Origin: an uncultured bacterium
Lineage (GTDB): Bacteria; Verrucomicrobiota; Verrucomicrobiia; Limisphaerales; UBA8199
DNA length: 64,000 bases
NCBI GenBank assembly: GCA_963749495.1
Contig: CAVVMW010000023.1
Location: forward strand, 672,001 to 736,000
Reading direction: 5' to 3'
How positions within the stretch are numbered: position 1 is the stretch's first letter; every line of letters begins with the position of its first letter. Below are positions 10,662 to 22,279 of the stretch, piece after piece. The notes under the pieces are model-generated. The model saw nothing but the letters and a program-made list of their open reading frames with translations. It was not told where the DNA came from and did not search any database. The position numbers and the translations under genes are program-made.

Positions 10662-10967
10662 TCACGGACCGGGTTTGCAGCCGCCTGGAGCGAAGTGACC
10701 GCGGCGCGGGGGCAGACGGGTTGTGGCGGAGGCCGTAAGGATGACCATCTGCCGGACGATCCTCAGGACGAGTTGGGTCCGACTGGTCACTCGGAGTTTC
10801 AGCGAGAGCCGGCCAACGTGCGTGTGGACAGTGTGCGCGGAAAGGCCGAGCAGGGCCGCGATGGCCTTCTCGGTCATGTTGTCAAACAGACCGCGAATGA
10901 TTTCCATCTCGCGCCCGGAAAGGTCCAGAGAGGTGGCGACTTGCTTCGATGCGTGTTGGCTGAGCAT
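10662..10967 (-). CDS. Stand-alone LuxR-type HTH transcriptional regulator
   Basis: LSGREMEIIRGLFDNMTEKAIAALLGLSAHTVHTHVGRLSLKLRVTSRTQLV; start uncertain. Confidence 0.82.
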   Translation of the reverse strand: MLSQHASKQVATSLDLSGREMEIIRGLFDNMTEKAIAALLGLSAHTVHTHVGRLSLKLRVTSRTQLVLRIVRQMVILTASATTRLPPRRGHFAPGGCKPGP

Positions 10968-11608
10968 CGCGGAGCCAACATTTGACGAGGTTCCTTTGGA
11001 GCGCAGCTTCACGGCGCCGCCTCCTTGTGTACTTGCCGCTCGGCCCTCCCGGCCTGATGCTTGTGGACGCGCTCCATACCGGCACGATGGCGGTGGCGCG
11101 GCTGCGGGCCGCTCGGCCTGGGGGGGCGGGGAAGTACGAGCGAAGCACCGGAGATGCACGCTGGACCTGCTCTGTGCGATCGAGGCGGCAGATCCCATTG
11201 CGCCGGACTGGTCCTCTCCCCTGGATAAAACATGCAACTGACCATTAACTGTGATCGATTGAAACGTACTGCGCGGCGAAAGTCAATGCGCATATGTGAC
11301 ATTTGGGCAACAGCCAGGGCGAATTCTTGAAGCGGCTTGGATTCCAAAGGATCCATAGGGGTTGCCAACCCCTCAAGTGCTGCCGGTATCAAAAAATCGG
11401 CAACGGCTTTGGCGGCAACAGGAAAAGGTCGTCAAACACAGCGGATGGACTCTGCTGGTGGCTCCAACGACAAAGCCCCGGAGCCAGGCTCCAGCTCAGA
11501 AGAACGCCTCCGCCGCTGCACTCCAAGTCCTTCGGGGGCCAGGCGGTGGCCCTGCACGCCCGCACCTGGTTCCCGATGGAGGGTGAGCTGTGGCGGCCCA
11601 ATGCAGGA

Positions 11609-12058
11609 TTAAAGGTGCAGTTTCGGCCATTCTTGTCGCCGCTTCGAGCGTCGGAACTCCTTGTAATCATCGGTGACATCCGGGAAGGCCTCCCTCAACA
11701 CTCGCGCGCGCCTTTCTGGCGGCATTGGTTCGTGCCAACCTCGATAATCTGCGCGGAGCAGTTCGACGGTGGCAGCCAGCGATGCAGAGCTGATCCCTTC
11801 GACGTTCTCGGGCAGGCTAATCTGAGCCACCAGCGATAGTTGATGCTCCCCATCGGCGATCAGCCTCTGCAGCAAGCTCTTATGGACGGCGAGATCCTCC
11901 GGGGTGGGGTCCCGCACGAACATCCGCTCATCCTCCCCTTTGCGGAAGGCCTCGATTTTCTTCAGCCAAACGGCGGCCTCGGCAAACAGCCGCAGTTGGG
12001 GGTCATCGCCAAGAATCAGGTGCTTGGCGACGCCCCATTGCGCCTCCACAGTCGTCAT
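11609..12058 (-). CDS. Hypothetical protein (helical, possibly antitoxin-like)
   Basis: 149-aa ORF with natural composition; no recognised motif. Confidence 0.55.
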   Translation of the reverse strand: MTTVEAQWGVAKHLILGDDPQLRLFAEAAVWLKKIEAFRKGEDERMFVRDPTPEDLAVHKSLLQRLIADGEHQLSLVAQISLPENVEGISSASLAATVELLRADYRGWHEPMPPERRARVLREAFPDVTDDYKEFRRSKRRQEWPKLHL

Positions 12059-12133
12059 GGCTGGAAACTAATTCCGTTGTCGTGGGATAGCAACACGGGA
12101 CAATTGATTTTGACATTCTGGCCGGCCAACGCA

Positions 12134-12349
12134 TCAGCGACCAAGTGGGTTGGCATCGGGAATGACAGTCTTCTGGAAATCCCCGGCCTGTTCGGGGTGT
12201 GCCAGGCGCGGGCTCGTCCACCCGGCTATGCTTGGCTGGCCCACACCCGGTATGACCACATAGACCCTCGTCCGCTCTGGTACGTGGACATCTTCTGGGA
12301 GCTTAATCTGCCCGTTCTCGACGATCCCTTCAAAAGTCGCTACTTTCAT
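12134..12349 (-). CDS. Small AF2212/DUF104-like antitoxin-type protein
   Basis: MKVATFEGIVENGQIKLPEDVHVPERTRVYVVIP pattern. Confidence 0.7.
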   Translation of the reverse strand: MKVATFEGIVENGQIKLPEDVHVPERTRVYVVIPGVGQPSIAGWTSPRLAHPEQAGDFQKTVIPDANPLGR

Positions 12350-12383
12350 ACGCAAAGAAACCTAGCTGCACTCCGCACTCCCC

Positions 12384-13783
12384 TCACTGCCCTCCCCAGA
12401 CCTTCTCCAGCCGCGCCATCACGTCCCGGTAACTGCTATCCACCTCGTAGATGAGCTTGAACTGCTCCAGGGCCTCCTGACTCCTGCCCATGCTCTCCAG
12501 GGCGCTGGCCAGATTGTAAATGATCTCCTTCTTCTCGTCGTCGAAGACCGGTTTTTCCTTCAGGGCGTTCTGGAAGGTGCGGACCGCCAGGTCGCAGGTC
12601 ATCTTCCGTTTGGCGAAGCATTGGCCCAGGAGATTCATGGCCGCGATGCGTTTGTGGGGACTGGCCTGGGCCTTTTGAAATTCCGCGATGGCCTCGCCGA
12701 TCTTGCCGGCCTTGAAGTAGAGCTCGCCCAACTCGAAGCGGAACTGCAGGTCGGTGGGGAATTTCTCGACGCGTTTTTGGCACTCGGCCAGGAGGTAGGC
12801 CTGCTTTTCGGCCTGCAGGCTGGCCGCCTGCTCGGCCTGGTCCGGCGAGGCCGGGTCAAGCTGCGCTATCCGGTAGTCGTACTTGCGCGAACATGGTCTC
12901 GGCGATGGCGCTGTCCAGGGAGGCGTCGCTGCCGATGTCCGACTTCTTGATCCGGTCGTAACAACTGAGCGCCGAATCGAATTCGTTTTTTCTGGGTGTA
13001 GAGTTCGGCCAGTTGGCGGAGCAGCTTGAGGTTGTTGGGCTCGGTTGAGAGCCGGGCCTCGTATTCGCGGATGAGCCGCTGGGCAACGTCCTCGCTCTTG
13101 ACCTGGCGGTTCTCCTGTTCGAGCATGATGGCCTCCTCTTTGTCCTTGAGGATGTCGCGATAGGAACCGGAGCCGTCGGCCAGGGCCTCGTAACCACCTT
13201 CGTCCAGGGTCTTGCGGGCCGAGATGTCCTTGAGGGTTTGGGCCAGGTCGGCGTCCCTGGGATTGAGCCGGCAGGCCTCCATGAGGACGTTTTCGGCGTG
13301 CTGGCCTTCGCCGATCTCCGCTAAGGCGTTGGCGAACTTGATGGACAGGTCCTTGTCGTGGGGCGAGCCCCGGTGCAGGAGGTCCAGCGAGAGCACGGCG
13401 GTGCGCGGCATCTGCAGGGCCGTGGCGGCCTCGACGATCAACCGGTGCGCCGAGGCGCTCTCCGGGTCGCTGTTGAGTATCTGCTCGGCGATTTGCAGCG
13501 TCTCAGCCGGGTCTTTGTGCAGGGCCATTTGGCCCTTGGCGACCAGCGGCCTGGAACCGGCCCCGCTGAGCATCTTCTTGAAGAAGCCCCGCCCGCCGCC
13601 CGACCGCTGCAACTGCGCCAGCCGCAACGCCTTGCGGCATTCGTAAAATCCCGGTTCCCGCACCAGCACCTGGTTGAACAGGTCGACGGCGTAGTCAATG
13701 TTCTCGTGCCTTATGGCCTCGGTGCCCTTCGTATAAAGCATCCGCACGTCGCGGGAGATTTCGTTCAGGCTCTTTTCTGCCAT
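12384..13783 (-). CDS. Tetratricopeptide repeat protein, split by two frameshifts (about 12990 in an A-run and about 12890)
   Basis: TPR motifs throughout, e.g. LGELYFKAGKIGEAIAEFQKA and YNLASALESMGRSQEALEQF; three frames join into one ~465-aa protein. Confidence 0.85.
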
Positions 13784-13965
13784 ACCCGAGTATAATCACA
13801 GATTTTCTGGAATATGCCACAATAAAACCGTTCCGTGGCCCGCTCCGCCCCTGCCGCAAACTAAGACCGGTTAGGGCCGGAAACCTCACGCCAAGGGCGC
13901 CAGCCGGCGATAACGCAGGAGAATCGGCCGCCTGAACCAGAAGGGCGCCCCTTCGGCGCAACAGC

Positions 13966-14045
13966 GTTTTGGACTGCGCCAGTCCTCTGGCGCTTTGGCG
14001 TCGCCAGCCTCCAAAAAGCGCCAGAGGACTGGCGCAGTCCAAAAC
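13966..14045. repeat. REP-like perfect inverted repeat (31-bp stem, 18-nt loop)
   Basis: gttttggactgcgccagtcctctggcgcttt ... aaagcgccagaggactggcgcagtccaaaac. Confidence 0.92.
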
Positions 14046-14118
14046 CTCGCGGCCTGCTCGACATCTCATGGAAAGGTCCTAAAGCGGTCCCATTCCTCCT
14101 GGCGCCCCTCCCGGGCTG

Positions 14119-14150
14119 ACTCCGCACTCCGCACTCCGCACTCCGCACTC
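14119..14150 (+). repeat. Heptamer tandem repeat (ACTCCGC) x4.5 abutting the AAA ATPase stop codon
   Basis: actccgc actccgc actccgc actccgc actc; short related copy at about 12368-12381. Confidence 0.9.
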
Positions 14151-15673
14151 TAATCGCACGGCACGGTCCGCTCGGTAGCCCATTGCCGGGTTTGCTCGAC
14201 CGTTTCGGCCAGGAGGACCGAGAGCGGCCGGGTCTGCTGGATCTCGGCCACGAGGTCGGCCTGGGACGGCGCGCAGCCCCGGGCCCGGGCGGTGTACATC
14301 GCCGAGACGATGGCCTGCTCGATTTCGGAGCCGGAGAACCCGTGAGCCGCCCGCCCCAGGGCATCGAGATCGAAGCCGGCCGGGTCGAGCGCGCGTTTGC
14401 GCAAGTGGATGGCCAGGATGTCCCGCCGGTTGTCCGCCGAGGGCAGGTCCACAAAGAAGATCTCGTCGAAACGCCCCTTGCGCACGATCTCGGGCGGCAG
14501 CCGGGTGATGTCATTGGCTGTGGCCACCAGAAAGACCGGCTTTCGCCGTTCGCTCATCCACGTCAACAGCGTGCCCAGTACCCGCCGCGACAGGCCGTCG
14601 TCGTCATCGCCCACCGCCAGGCCCTTCTCGATCTCGTCCAGCCACAGCACGCACGGGGCCATCATCTCGGCCATGTCCAGCGCCTTGCGCAGGTTGCGCT
14701 CGGTCTCGCCGTAGTACTTGCTGTAGAGCACGCCGAAATCCAGCCGCAGCAGCGGCACGCCGAAGATCCCGGCGGCCGCCTTGGCCGCCAGGCTCTTGCC
14801 GCACCCCTGCACCCCCAACAGCAGCACCCCGCGCGGCGGGTCCAATTCCGACGGGACGTCTTCGAGGAAAAAGCTCTTGCGCAAGTCCAGCCAATTGCGC
14901 AGCCGGCGCATCCCGCCGATCTCGGCGAACCGCGCCGTCTCGTGCTCGAAGGACAGCGGCGAGTCCCGCCCCAGCAACTCATACTTGGCCCGCATCACCT
15001 CGGGCATGTCGCACTCGGAGATCACGCCGTTGTCGTTGATGGCCTTGAGCGCCAGCCGGCGGGCGTCCGTGGCGGTGAGACCGGCCAGGTTGCGCACCAG
15101 CAAATCGATGGCCTTGTTGGTTGTCTCGACCTTGCGCGCGCCGTGCTGCGCGCCCCAGTCCCCGGCCACGTCGTACACGATGGCCCGCAATTCATCCCGC
15201 GTCGGCAGGGGCAGGTGAAAGTAGGCCGTGAACGACCTCAACTCCTCCGGCACCTGCAGCGTCACTCCCACCAGCATCACGGTCGAGAGGTGCTTCTCAT
15301 ACCCCAAGGCGATGTCCTTGAGAAAGCGCACATGTACGCTGTCCTGGAGGTAGGGATGGAAATCCAGGAGCACGAACAGGCTGTGCAACCCGCGGGCCTT
15401 GATGTAGCTGAGGACCTCCTGCGACTTGAGCACGGCGCCCTCCGGCTGGTCGGCCGCGTCGAAGGCCTGCAATCCTTCGGTGACCGTCCAGCGGAAGGTC
15501 TTGACCTGGAGTTGCCGCCCAATCTGCTGGACCATCCCAACCAACTGCGCCTCCTCGTTGCTCTCGACCGCGATCAACGGCGTGCGCGAGCGGACAATCG
15601 CCGCCAGGTCCCGCAAGGGACTCTCGGTGGCCAACGCCCCGCTCTGGGCGCCCCTGACCGCGCGAACGTTCAT
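14150..15673 (-). CDS. Ycf46-like AAA+ ATPase
   Basis: Walker A GVQGCGKS, Walker [36 protein letters not shown]-terminal degenerate domain. Confidence 0.92.
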   Translation of the reverse strand: MNVRAVRGAQSGALATESPLRDLAAIVRSRTPLIAVESNEEAQLVGMVQQIGRQLQVKTFRWTVTEGLQAFDAADQPEGAVLKSQEVLSYIKARGLHSLFVLLDFHPYLQDSVHVRFLKDIALGYEKHLSTVMLVGVTLQVPEELRSFTAYFHLPLPTRDELRAIVYDVAGDWGAQHGARKVETTNKAIDLLVRNLAGLTATDARRLALKAINDNGVISECDMPEVMRAKYELLGRDSPLSFEHETARFAEIGGMRRLRNWLDLRKSFFLEDVPSELDPPRGVLLLGVQGCGKSLAAKAAAGIFGVPLLRLDFGVLYSKYYGETERNLRKALDMAEMMAPCVLWLDEIEKGLAVGDDDDGLSRRVLGTLLTWMSERRKPVFLVATANDITRLPPEIVRKGRFDEIFFVDLPSADNRRDILAIHLRKRALDPAGFDLDALGRAAHGFSGSEIEQAIVSAMYTARARGCAPSQADLVAEIQQTRPLSVLLAETVEQTRQWATERTVPCD

Positions 15674-15679
15674 AGGCAA

Positions 15680-15779
15680 AAGCCTAAAAGCCAAAGGCCA
15701 ACAGGGAAAGGCTAAAGGCTGAAGGCTAAAGGCTGAAGGCTGAAGGCTAAAGGCTGAAGGCTGAAGGCTAAAGGCTAAA
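15680..15779 (+). repeat. Heptamer tandem repeat (AGGCTRA)n, about 10 perfect copies plus a degenerate left edge
   Basis: aaggctaaaggctgaaggctaaaggctgaaggctgaaggctaaaggctgaaggctgaaggctaaaggctaaag. Confidence 0.93.
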
Positions 15780-15940
15780 GTGCGAATATTCTGGGGTTGA
15801 CCCAGTTGACGTGTTCGAGAAACCGGCCAAGATCTTCGTCATGCCGTACCCGTCGAGCCCGAAGCCGGGGAATGACGACCTGGCATTTATACGAACGCAG
15901 ACGATAGTGAACGGCAAATCCGAGAAAGGAACGAAGGACC

Positions 15941-17174
15941 ATGAAAAGCAAGGCCATCCAACCCAGGTCGAACTGCGGTTTGTTTGCAGGTGCGGTGATA
16001 TTCATTCTGCTGGCGGCCTTGGGCTTGCGGGCGGAGGACACGAACACCGTCGAGCTGATCCAGCGGCTTGAGAAGCGAATCGAGGAACTGGAGCAAAAGG
16101 TCAAGGCCCTGGAGCGCGACCGGCCGGGGGCGGGGCAGAGCACGAACGCGCCGGCGCAACAGCGCCCGGAAGCCGTCGAACAAATGCCAAAGGGCCTGGA
16201 GGGCACCCAGCCCGCGTGGCCGGCTGCGGTTGAAGGAAGCGCAAGTCGGACCCCCAAGATCACAGCGGGCGACCAGGGCTTCTCATTGGCCTCCCCGGAC
16301 GGCGAATTCACGCTCCAGTTGAAAGGCGTCCTCCAGGTGGACTCGAGAACTTTTTTCAACGATGCCGGCATTGTGGGCAACGATGGGTTCCTATTGCGCC
16401 GGGCCCGGCCGGTGCTCGAGGGGACGGTCTTTCGCGACTTCAAGACAACAAGTCGTTTGCCGGACGGCTTTCTTCCAGCCGCTCAAGCCGGCTTTTTTGC
16501 GTCCATTGCAGGGTTTTGGGTTTGGGTTGAGCGGCAGCTATGAGAGCGAGCAGGCCCCGAATGCGTCGGCGCTGCCCGCCACAATCGGCGGCACCCTTCC
16601 CGGCTACGCCACAGTCGGCCAACAACAGTTCTTCGCCTACAATCCGGCCAGCAATGCGGTCGTGGTTGCCAGCGGAGACCACTGGCGTCTCTCGCCTCAA
16701 GGCTATTACTTCTACGGGCCGCTCAGTTTCCTGGGCGAATATGTCATTTCGGACCAACAGGTCAGCCGGACGGTCACCCAACCGTTCACCTCGGCCTCCC
16801 TGGAACATACGGCCTGGCAAGTCTCGGTCGGCTATGTGCTCACCGGCGAAGATGCCGCGTTCGCAGGCGGGGTTGTGCCGCGGCACCCATTCCGCCCGCC
16901 CAGCGGTTGGGGTGCCTGGCAACTAATGGCCCGCTACTCGGAGCTGGACCTCGACCCGCGGGCCTTTAACTCGTTCGCGAATCCTGCGTCCTCCGCCCGC
17001 TCCGCACAGGAGTGGTCCGTCGGGTTCAATTGGTATCTGAACCGGAATGTCAAAGTGTCCTCCAGCTTCGCCCATACGAGCTTCGAGGGCGGCGGCACCG
17101 GCGCCACCGTCCCCGGCATAGTCACCCGCCGGGACGAAAACGCGCTTTTCACCCGCTTCCAACTGGCGTTTTAA
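15941..17174 (+). pseudogene. OprO/OprP-like phosphate-selective porin with an internal deletion and frameshift near 16440
   Basis: Signal peptide, coiled coil and FLLRRARPVLEGTVFRDF, then a jump to late barrel strands; ends VGFNWYLNRNVK...FTRFQLAF with terminal Phe. Confidence 0.75.
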
Positions 17175-17232
17175 CCTTAATTGAGATTCCCAACACGGGT
17201 CACAGCCGCTTAGTCTTCGCCTACGCGACGCC

Positions 17233-18675
17233 ATGAGTGGCACTGAGATGAAGGCGCAAACCAGCGATGCCGCCGCCGCCCCGGTGGGGGGGCGGCTCAA
17301 TCGGTACCCGGCGCAGATCAAATACATCATTGGCAACGAGGCCTGCGAGCGGTTCACCTATTATGGGATCATTGGGATCCTGGAGTTGTACCTGGTCAGC
17401 CGGATGGGCCTGGGCAAGGCCGGGGCAACGCAGACGCTGCACCTGTTTGGAACGGCGGTGTATCTGTTGCCGTTGCTGGGCGGCTGGCTCGCGGATCGAT
17501 GGCTTGGGCGCTACTGGACGATCCTGACGATCTCGCTGGTGTATTGCGTGGGCTCGGGCCTGCTGGCGTTCTTCGAAGGGAGCCGGGCGGGCCTTTTCGC
17601 GGGGCTGGCGCTCATCGCGGTAGGGGCCGGCGGGATCAAACCGTGCGTGAGCGCCTTTGTGGGAGACCAGTTCGGGCCCCGGCAGCAGCACCTGCTGCCG
17701 AAGGTCTATGGCTGGTTTTACTGGGCCATCAATCTCGGCTCTGCCGCCGGTTTCTTCATCATCCCCTGGGTCCACAACCACAAGGGCTATCGCTGGGCGT
17801 TTGGGATTCCGGGCTTTGCCATGGGTCTGGCGGTGTTGTTTTTCTGGCTCGGCACAAAGCACTATGTGCGGCAGCCCGCCGCCGGCGCGCAAAGCCGGCT
17901 GCGTCCGGGCTCGGTCATCTGGCGCGCCCTGACCTGCGGACGGCCCCGCCGCTCGGGCGAGCGGTTCCTGGATGCCGCCCTGGACCGGTTTTCAACCGAG
18001 TCGGTGCAGGGCGCCAGGACGGTGCTGGGCATCCTGAGCGTGTTCGCAACGGTGCCGATGTTCTGGGCGCTTTTCAACCAGGTGAACTCGACGTGGGTCT
18101 TGCAGGGCAAGAACATGGCGCGTTTCCACTGGCTGGATGGCGAGACGATGCAAGGGATGGGGGCGGTGCTGGTGATGATCTGGGTGCCGGTGCTGACCCT
18201 GGGCCTTTATCCGCTGGCGGAACGGCTCGGGCTGCGCCCCACCCCGTTGCGGAGGATGTCCGCCGGCATGGTGCTCGGGGCGGCCGCCTTTTTCCTCTGC
18301 GGCCTCATCCAGGCCCGGATGGACCACGGCGCCACACTGAGCATCCTCTGGCAGTTGCTCCCCTACACTGTCCTGGAGGCCGGCGAGGTGATGCTCTCGG
18401 CGACCGCCCTGGAATTTGCCTTCGCCCAGGCGCCTGCTCAGCTCAAGAGCGTCATCATGAGTTTCTGGCTCATGACGATCGCCGCGGGACATTTCCTCAT
18501 CGCCCTCTTCACCGGCCTCAACGAGCGCTATATCAGGGCCGAGGGCGCGGCGGGGTTCTACTTTTATGCCGCGCTGATGCTCGGGGTGGCGGGCGTTTTC
18601 ATCCTCATCGCCCGCAGCTACCGCCAGCGGCCGTTGGACCCGGTCCAGGACGGCAAAACAAAGGCTGAAGGCTAA
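17233..18675 (+). CDS. POT/PTR family proton-dependent oligopeptide transporter (MFS)
   Basis: NEACERFTYYG (ExxERFxYYG), GGWLADRWLGRY, GGIKPCVSAFVGDQF, FYWAINLGS. Confidence 0.93.
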   Translation: MSGTEMKAQTSDAAAAPVGGRLNRYPAQIKYIIGNEACERFTYYGIIGILELYLVSRMGLGKAGATQTLHLFGTAVYLLPLLGGWLADRWLGRYWTILTISLVYCVGSGLLAFFEGSRAGLFAGLALIAVGAGGIKPCVSAFVGDQFGPRQQHLLPKVYGWFYWAINLGSAAGFFIIPWVHNHKGYRWAFGIPGFAMGLAVLFFWLGTKHYVRQPAAGAQSRLRPGSVIWRALTCGRPRRSGERFLDAALDRFSTESVQGARTVLGILSVFATVPMFWALFNQVNSTWVLQGKNMARFHWLDGETMQGMGAVLVMIWVPVLTLGLYPLAERLGLRPTPLRRMSAGMVLGAAAFFLCGLIQARMDHGATLSILWQLLPYTVLEAGEVMLSATALEFAFAQAPAQLKSVIMSFWLMTIAAGHFLIALFTGLNERYIRAEGAAGFYFYAALMLGVAGVFILIARSYRQRPLDPVQDGKTKAEG

Positions 18676-18750
18676 AGGCTAAAGGCTAAAGTACGAAAAC
18701 CGCCCGGCGTTCTTCGGCCTTCAGCCTTCAGCCTTCAGCCTTTAGCCTTT
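18661..18750. repeat. Head-to-head (AGGCTRA)n / (TYAGCCT)n arrays forming a hairpin; the array supplies the transporter's stop codon
   Basis: aaggctgaaggctaaaggctaaaggctaaag ... ctttcagccttcagccttcagcctttagccttt. Confidence 0.88.
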
Positions 18751-18793
18751 CTCCTTGAGTCTGCCGCCGCGTTGGGGCAGGGTTGGGGCACGC

Positions 18794-19684
18794 ATGAACA
18801 TGACCCGCCGCGAGTTTATCCGCGCGTCCTCCGTCCTGGGCCTGGCTGCCCTGGCCAGGCCGCCCGGGGCCTTGGCCGGCCCCGGATCACCTTATCAACT
18901 GGGCTGCTACACCCGCCCGTGGGACAAGTTCGATTATCGCACCGCGCTGGACGGCATTGCCGAGGCCGGGTTCAAGTACGCCGGCATCATGACTGCCAAG
19001 GGCAAGTCCTGGGTCATCATCACGGTCAATTCCACGCCCGAAGAGGTCGCCGCCATCGCCGGGGAGGTGAAGCAACGCGGGCTCAAGACGCTCTCGATTT
19101 ACGGCGGCGATTTCCCGGTGGCCGCGTCAGTCGAGGCGGGCATCGCCGGGCTCAAGAAGCTCATCGATCACTGTGTCCTCTGCTCCTGCCCGAACCTGAT
19201 GCTGGGCGGCACCGGCAACCAAAAGCTCTTCGATGCCTACTACAAGGTCGTCGCCGAGTGCTGCGATTATGCCGCCTCCAAGGGCGTCGGCCTGAGCATC
19301 AAACCGCACGGCGGCCAGAATGCCACGGGCCCGCAATGCCGGAAGATCCTCGAAGGGGTCGGCCACAAGAACTTCCGTCTCTGGTACGACCCCGGCAACA
19401 TCTTCTATTACTCGGACGGCCGGCTCGACCCCGTCGAGGACAGCGCGACAGTTGATGGCCTGGTGGCCGGGATGAGCGTCAAGGACTTCAAGCCGCCCAA
19501 GGAAGTCCTGGTCACCCCGGGCACCGGCCTGGTCAACTTCCGCGAGGTCCTGGCCCGGCTCCGGAAAGGCGGATTCCGCAGCGGCCCGATGATTGTCGAA
19601 TGCCTGGCGCTGGGCGACACGCCTGCCAAAATCACCGCTGAGGCGAGGAAGTCGCGGGAATTTTTGGAGGCTCTCACACGGTGA
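18794..19684 (+). CDS. Tat-exported sugar phosphate isomerase/epimerase (xylose-isomerase-like TIM barrel)
   Basis: MNMTRREFI Tat motif; LSIKPHGG, WYDPGN, SVKD, PGTGLVNF, IVECL. Confidence 0.85.
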   Translation: MNMTRREFIRASSVLGLAALARPPGALAGPGSPYQLGCYTRPWDKFDYRTALDGIAEAGFKYAGIMTAKGKSWVIITVNSTPEEVAAIAGEVKQRGLKTLSIYGGDFPVAASVEAGIAGLKKLIDHCVLCSCPNLMLGGTGNQKLFDAYYKVVAECCDYAASKGVGLSIKPHGGQNATGPQCRKILEGVGHKNFRLWYDPGNIFYYSDGRLDPVEDSATVDGLVAGMSVKDFKPPKEVLVTPGTGLVNFREVLARLRKGGFRSGPMIVECLALGDTPAKITAEARKSREFLEALTR

Positions 19685-19717
19685 GGGGTTGGCCAGAGTT
19701 CGAGAGATCATTTCAGC

Positions 19718-19930
19718 ATGATTAGAAACGACCAGGAATTCCAAACGACCTCAGAGCGCATGAGGCAGTTTCAGCTTCAGGTAGCCAGGCTCCGGCGCGT
19801 CGAGCAAAATCCGGAAAACTACCGGCTTTCGGCTTCCGGGTATCTGGCGGAGTTGGACCGGATGACGTTGGAGATTCGAGAGTACCTATGGTCTCATCCG
19901 GCCGAGCCACAGCCTGAGACCGCTGTGTGA
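19718..19930 (+). CDS. Small hypothetical protein (antitoxin-like helical hairpin)
   Basis: MIRNDQEFQTTSERMRQFQ...LDRMTLEIREYL, 70 aa. Confidence 0.65.
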   Translation: MIRNDQEFQTTSERMRQFQLQVARLRRVEQNPENYRLSASGYLAELDRMTLEIREYLWSHPAEPQPETAV

Positions 19931-19995
19931 GCCAGCGGCGAGTTCGCTCTGGATGCGCTGCCAACCGTAGCGCGAGTTAGGCTCCAATCGTAAAA

Positions 19996-20232
19996 ATGCA
20001 ATCGCTTCAGCACACGATCAAAGCCATTATTCGGCGTGGGGAAGAATCGGGCTGCGTCGCGGAGTGCGTCGAAATCGCTGTGGTTACCCAAGGTGCGACG
20101 CTCGATGAGGTCATCCGTCACCTCCAGGAAGCCGTGGCCCTCCACCTGGAAGGGGAGGACCTGGGCGCTCTGGGTTTGGCGGAGAATCCGACGCTCGTGG
20201 TGACCATGGAAATCAAGCGGGCCTATGCCTAA
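19996..20232 (+). CDS. hicB: HicB-family antitoxin
   Basis: CVAECVEIAVVTQGATLDEVIRHLQEAVALHLEGE. Confidence 0.85.
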   Translation: MQSLQHTIKAIIRRGEESGCVAECVEIAVVTQGATLDEVIRHLQEAVALHLEGEDLGALGLAENPTLVVTMEIKRAYA

Positions 20233-20260
20233 ATTGTTGTGTTTGGGTTTCAGAGGCTGA
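20225..20260 (+). pseudogene. Probable truncated hicA start
   Basis: ATG overlapping the hicB end reads MPKL, then stops after 11 aa. Confidence 0.4.
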
Positions 20261-20360
20261 TTGCAAGGGCGCGATGTTGAGAGCCGGCCGTGGCGCAAGA
20301 CCCGCTTTGGGACATTTTTGGCAGCTTGACTGGGCGCCCCGATTGCGATGAAATCGGGCA

Positions 20361-22136
<1,776 letters not shown>

Positions 22137-22169
22137 GCCAGAGCCTGTCGCAAAACCTCTGATTCCGGA

Positions 22170-22250
22170 CCTTTGTCGCAGCCTTTGTCGGCACCTTTGT
22201 CGAAAAATGGCCAATCCGACAAAGGTCTCGACAAAGGCCGCGACAAAGGT
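22170..22250. repeat. Inverted array of 12-bp-period repeats (CCTTTGTCG x3 / CGACAAAGG x3) between convergent genes; possible bidirectional terminator
   Basis: cctttgtcgcagcctttgtcggcacctttgtcg ... cgacaaaggtctcgacaaaggccgcgacaaagg. Confidence 0.85.
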
Positions 22251-22279
22251 TGTGCCGACGTTGCGTGGTTCGCTCTAAG

